Shown piece by piece: positions 63,822 through 64,000 of a stretch of DNA of 64,000 bases. Below the pieces are notes generated by a model. The model worked only from the letters and a program-made list of their open reading frames with translations. It was not told where the DNA came from and did no database searches. The DNA is taken from the IMG/VR virus record IMGVR_UViG_3300047476_002078, positions 1 to 64,000 of that record; one strand, written 5' to 3'. Both the position numbers and the translations under genes were made by a program. Position 1 is the stretch's first letter. The number at the start of each line of letters is the position of its first letter.

Positions 63822-64000
63822 TGAGTGATAAAAATAGCTTTTTAGCAGACATCTATTATTTTCTGTTAAAAATGTTTAATAAGGTGTGCAAAAGAGACAC
63901 TTCTATCAAAAATTTTCCCTCCAAAAAGTTTCATAACTATAAAGCAGACAATCATATTGTTTGTAGTTTTTGTAATTTTCAATTTAGTTATGTTCGAGAT
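63821..64000 (+). CDS. Partial ORF running off the window
   Basis: TGATG overlap, open for 60 codons; an opposite-strand frame is also partly open. Confidence 0.3.
   Translation, partial: MSDKNSFLADIYYFLLKMFNKVCKRDTSIKNFPSKKFHNYKADNHIVCSFCNFQFSYVRD

Noticed and set aside
1-64000. CRISPR array, DGR, retron, intron/intein, IS element, alternative genetic code
   Set aside because: No spaced direct-repeat array, reverse transcriptase, transposase or split gene seen by eye; thyA and the helicases are uninterrupted; TAA, TAG and TGA all end normal-length genes. A weak repeat could have been missed without computation.

Overview
An AT-rich, densely coded segment of a large tailed-phage (jumbo-type, probably contractile-tailed) genome. 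Evidence: Shine-Dalgarno sites, sigma70-like promoters, ATGA/TAATG gene overlaps, rho-independent hairpins, standard code 11, and no ribosomal or cellular housekeeping operons. Virion genes include a Pro-free (GVQGxT)n collagen-like fibre, a tube-like gene with chaperone-like neighbours, a 1246-aa structural protein and an FG-GAP propeller protein. Replication and nucleotide genes include thyA, tmk, DNA ligase, 5'-3' and 3'-5' exonucleases, two SNF2 helicases and two HNH nucleases. There is also a large dispersed glycosylation toolkit, five paralogous 2OG-Fe(II) oxygenases, host-type auxiliary genes (iscA, trxA, Hsp20, MgtC, RRM) and one tRNA-Gly(UCC). The most striking candidate system is a set of about seven scattered proteins that share a short basic leader ending in K-x-A/S. 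Their payloads include a PARP1-like ADP-ribosyltransferase and a RelA/SpoT small alarmone synthetase. I infer a protease-matured, virion-packaged effector set, accompanied by a NADAR eraser and an orphan MbcA/ParS-type antitoxin. Other highlights: a GT17-RibE-DegT triple fusion, a 40-nt bipartite element shared by the helicase and ligase upstream regions, and a CCGTAAA motif overlapping many promoters. All family calls come from motif recognition by eye; no searches were run.
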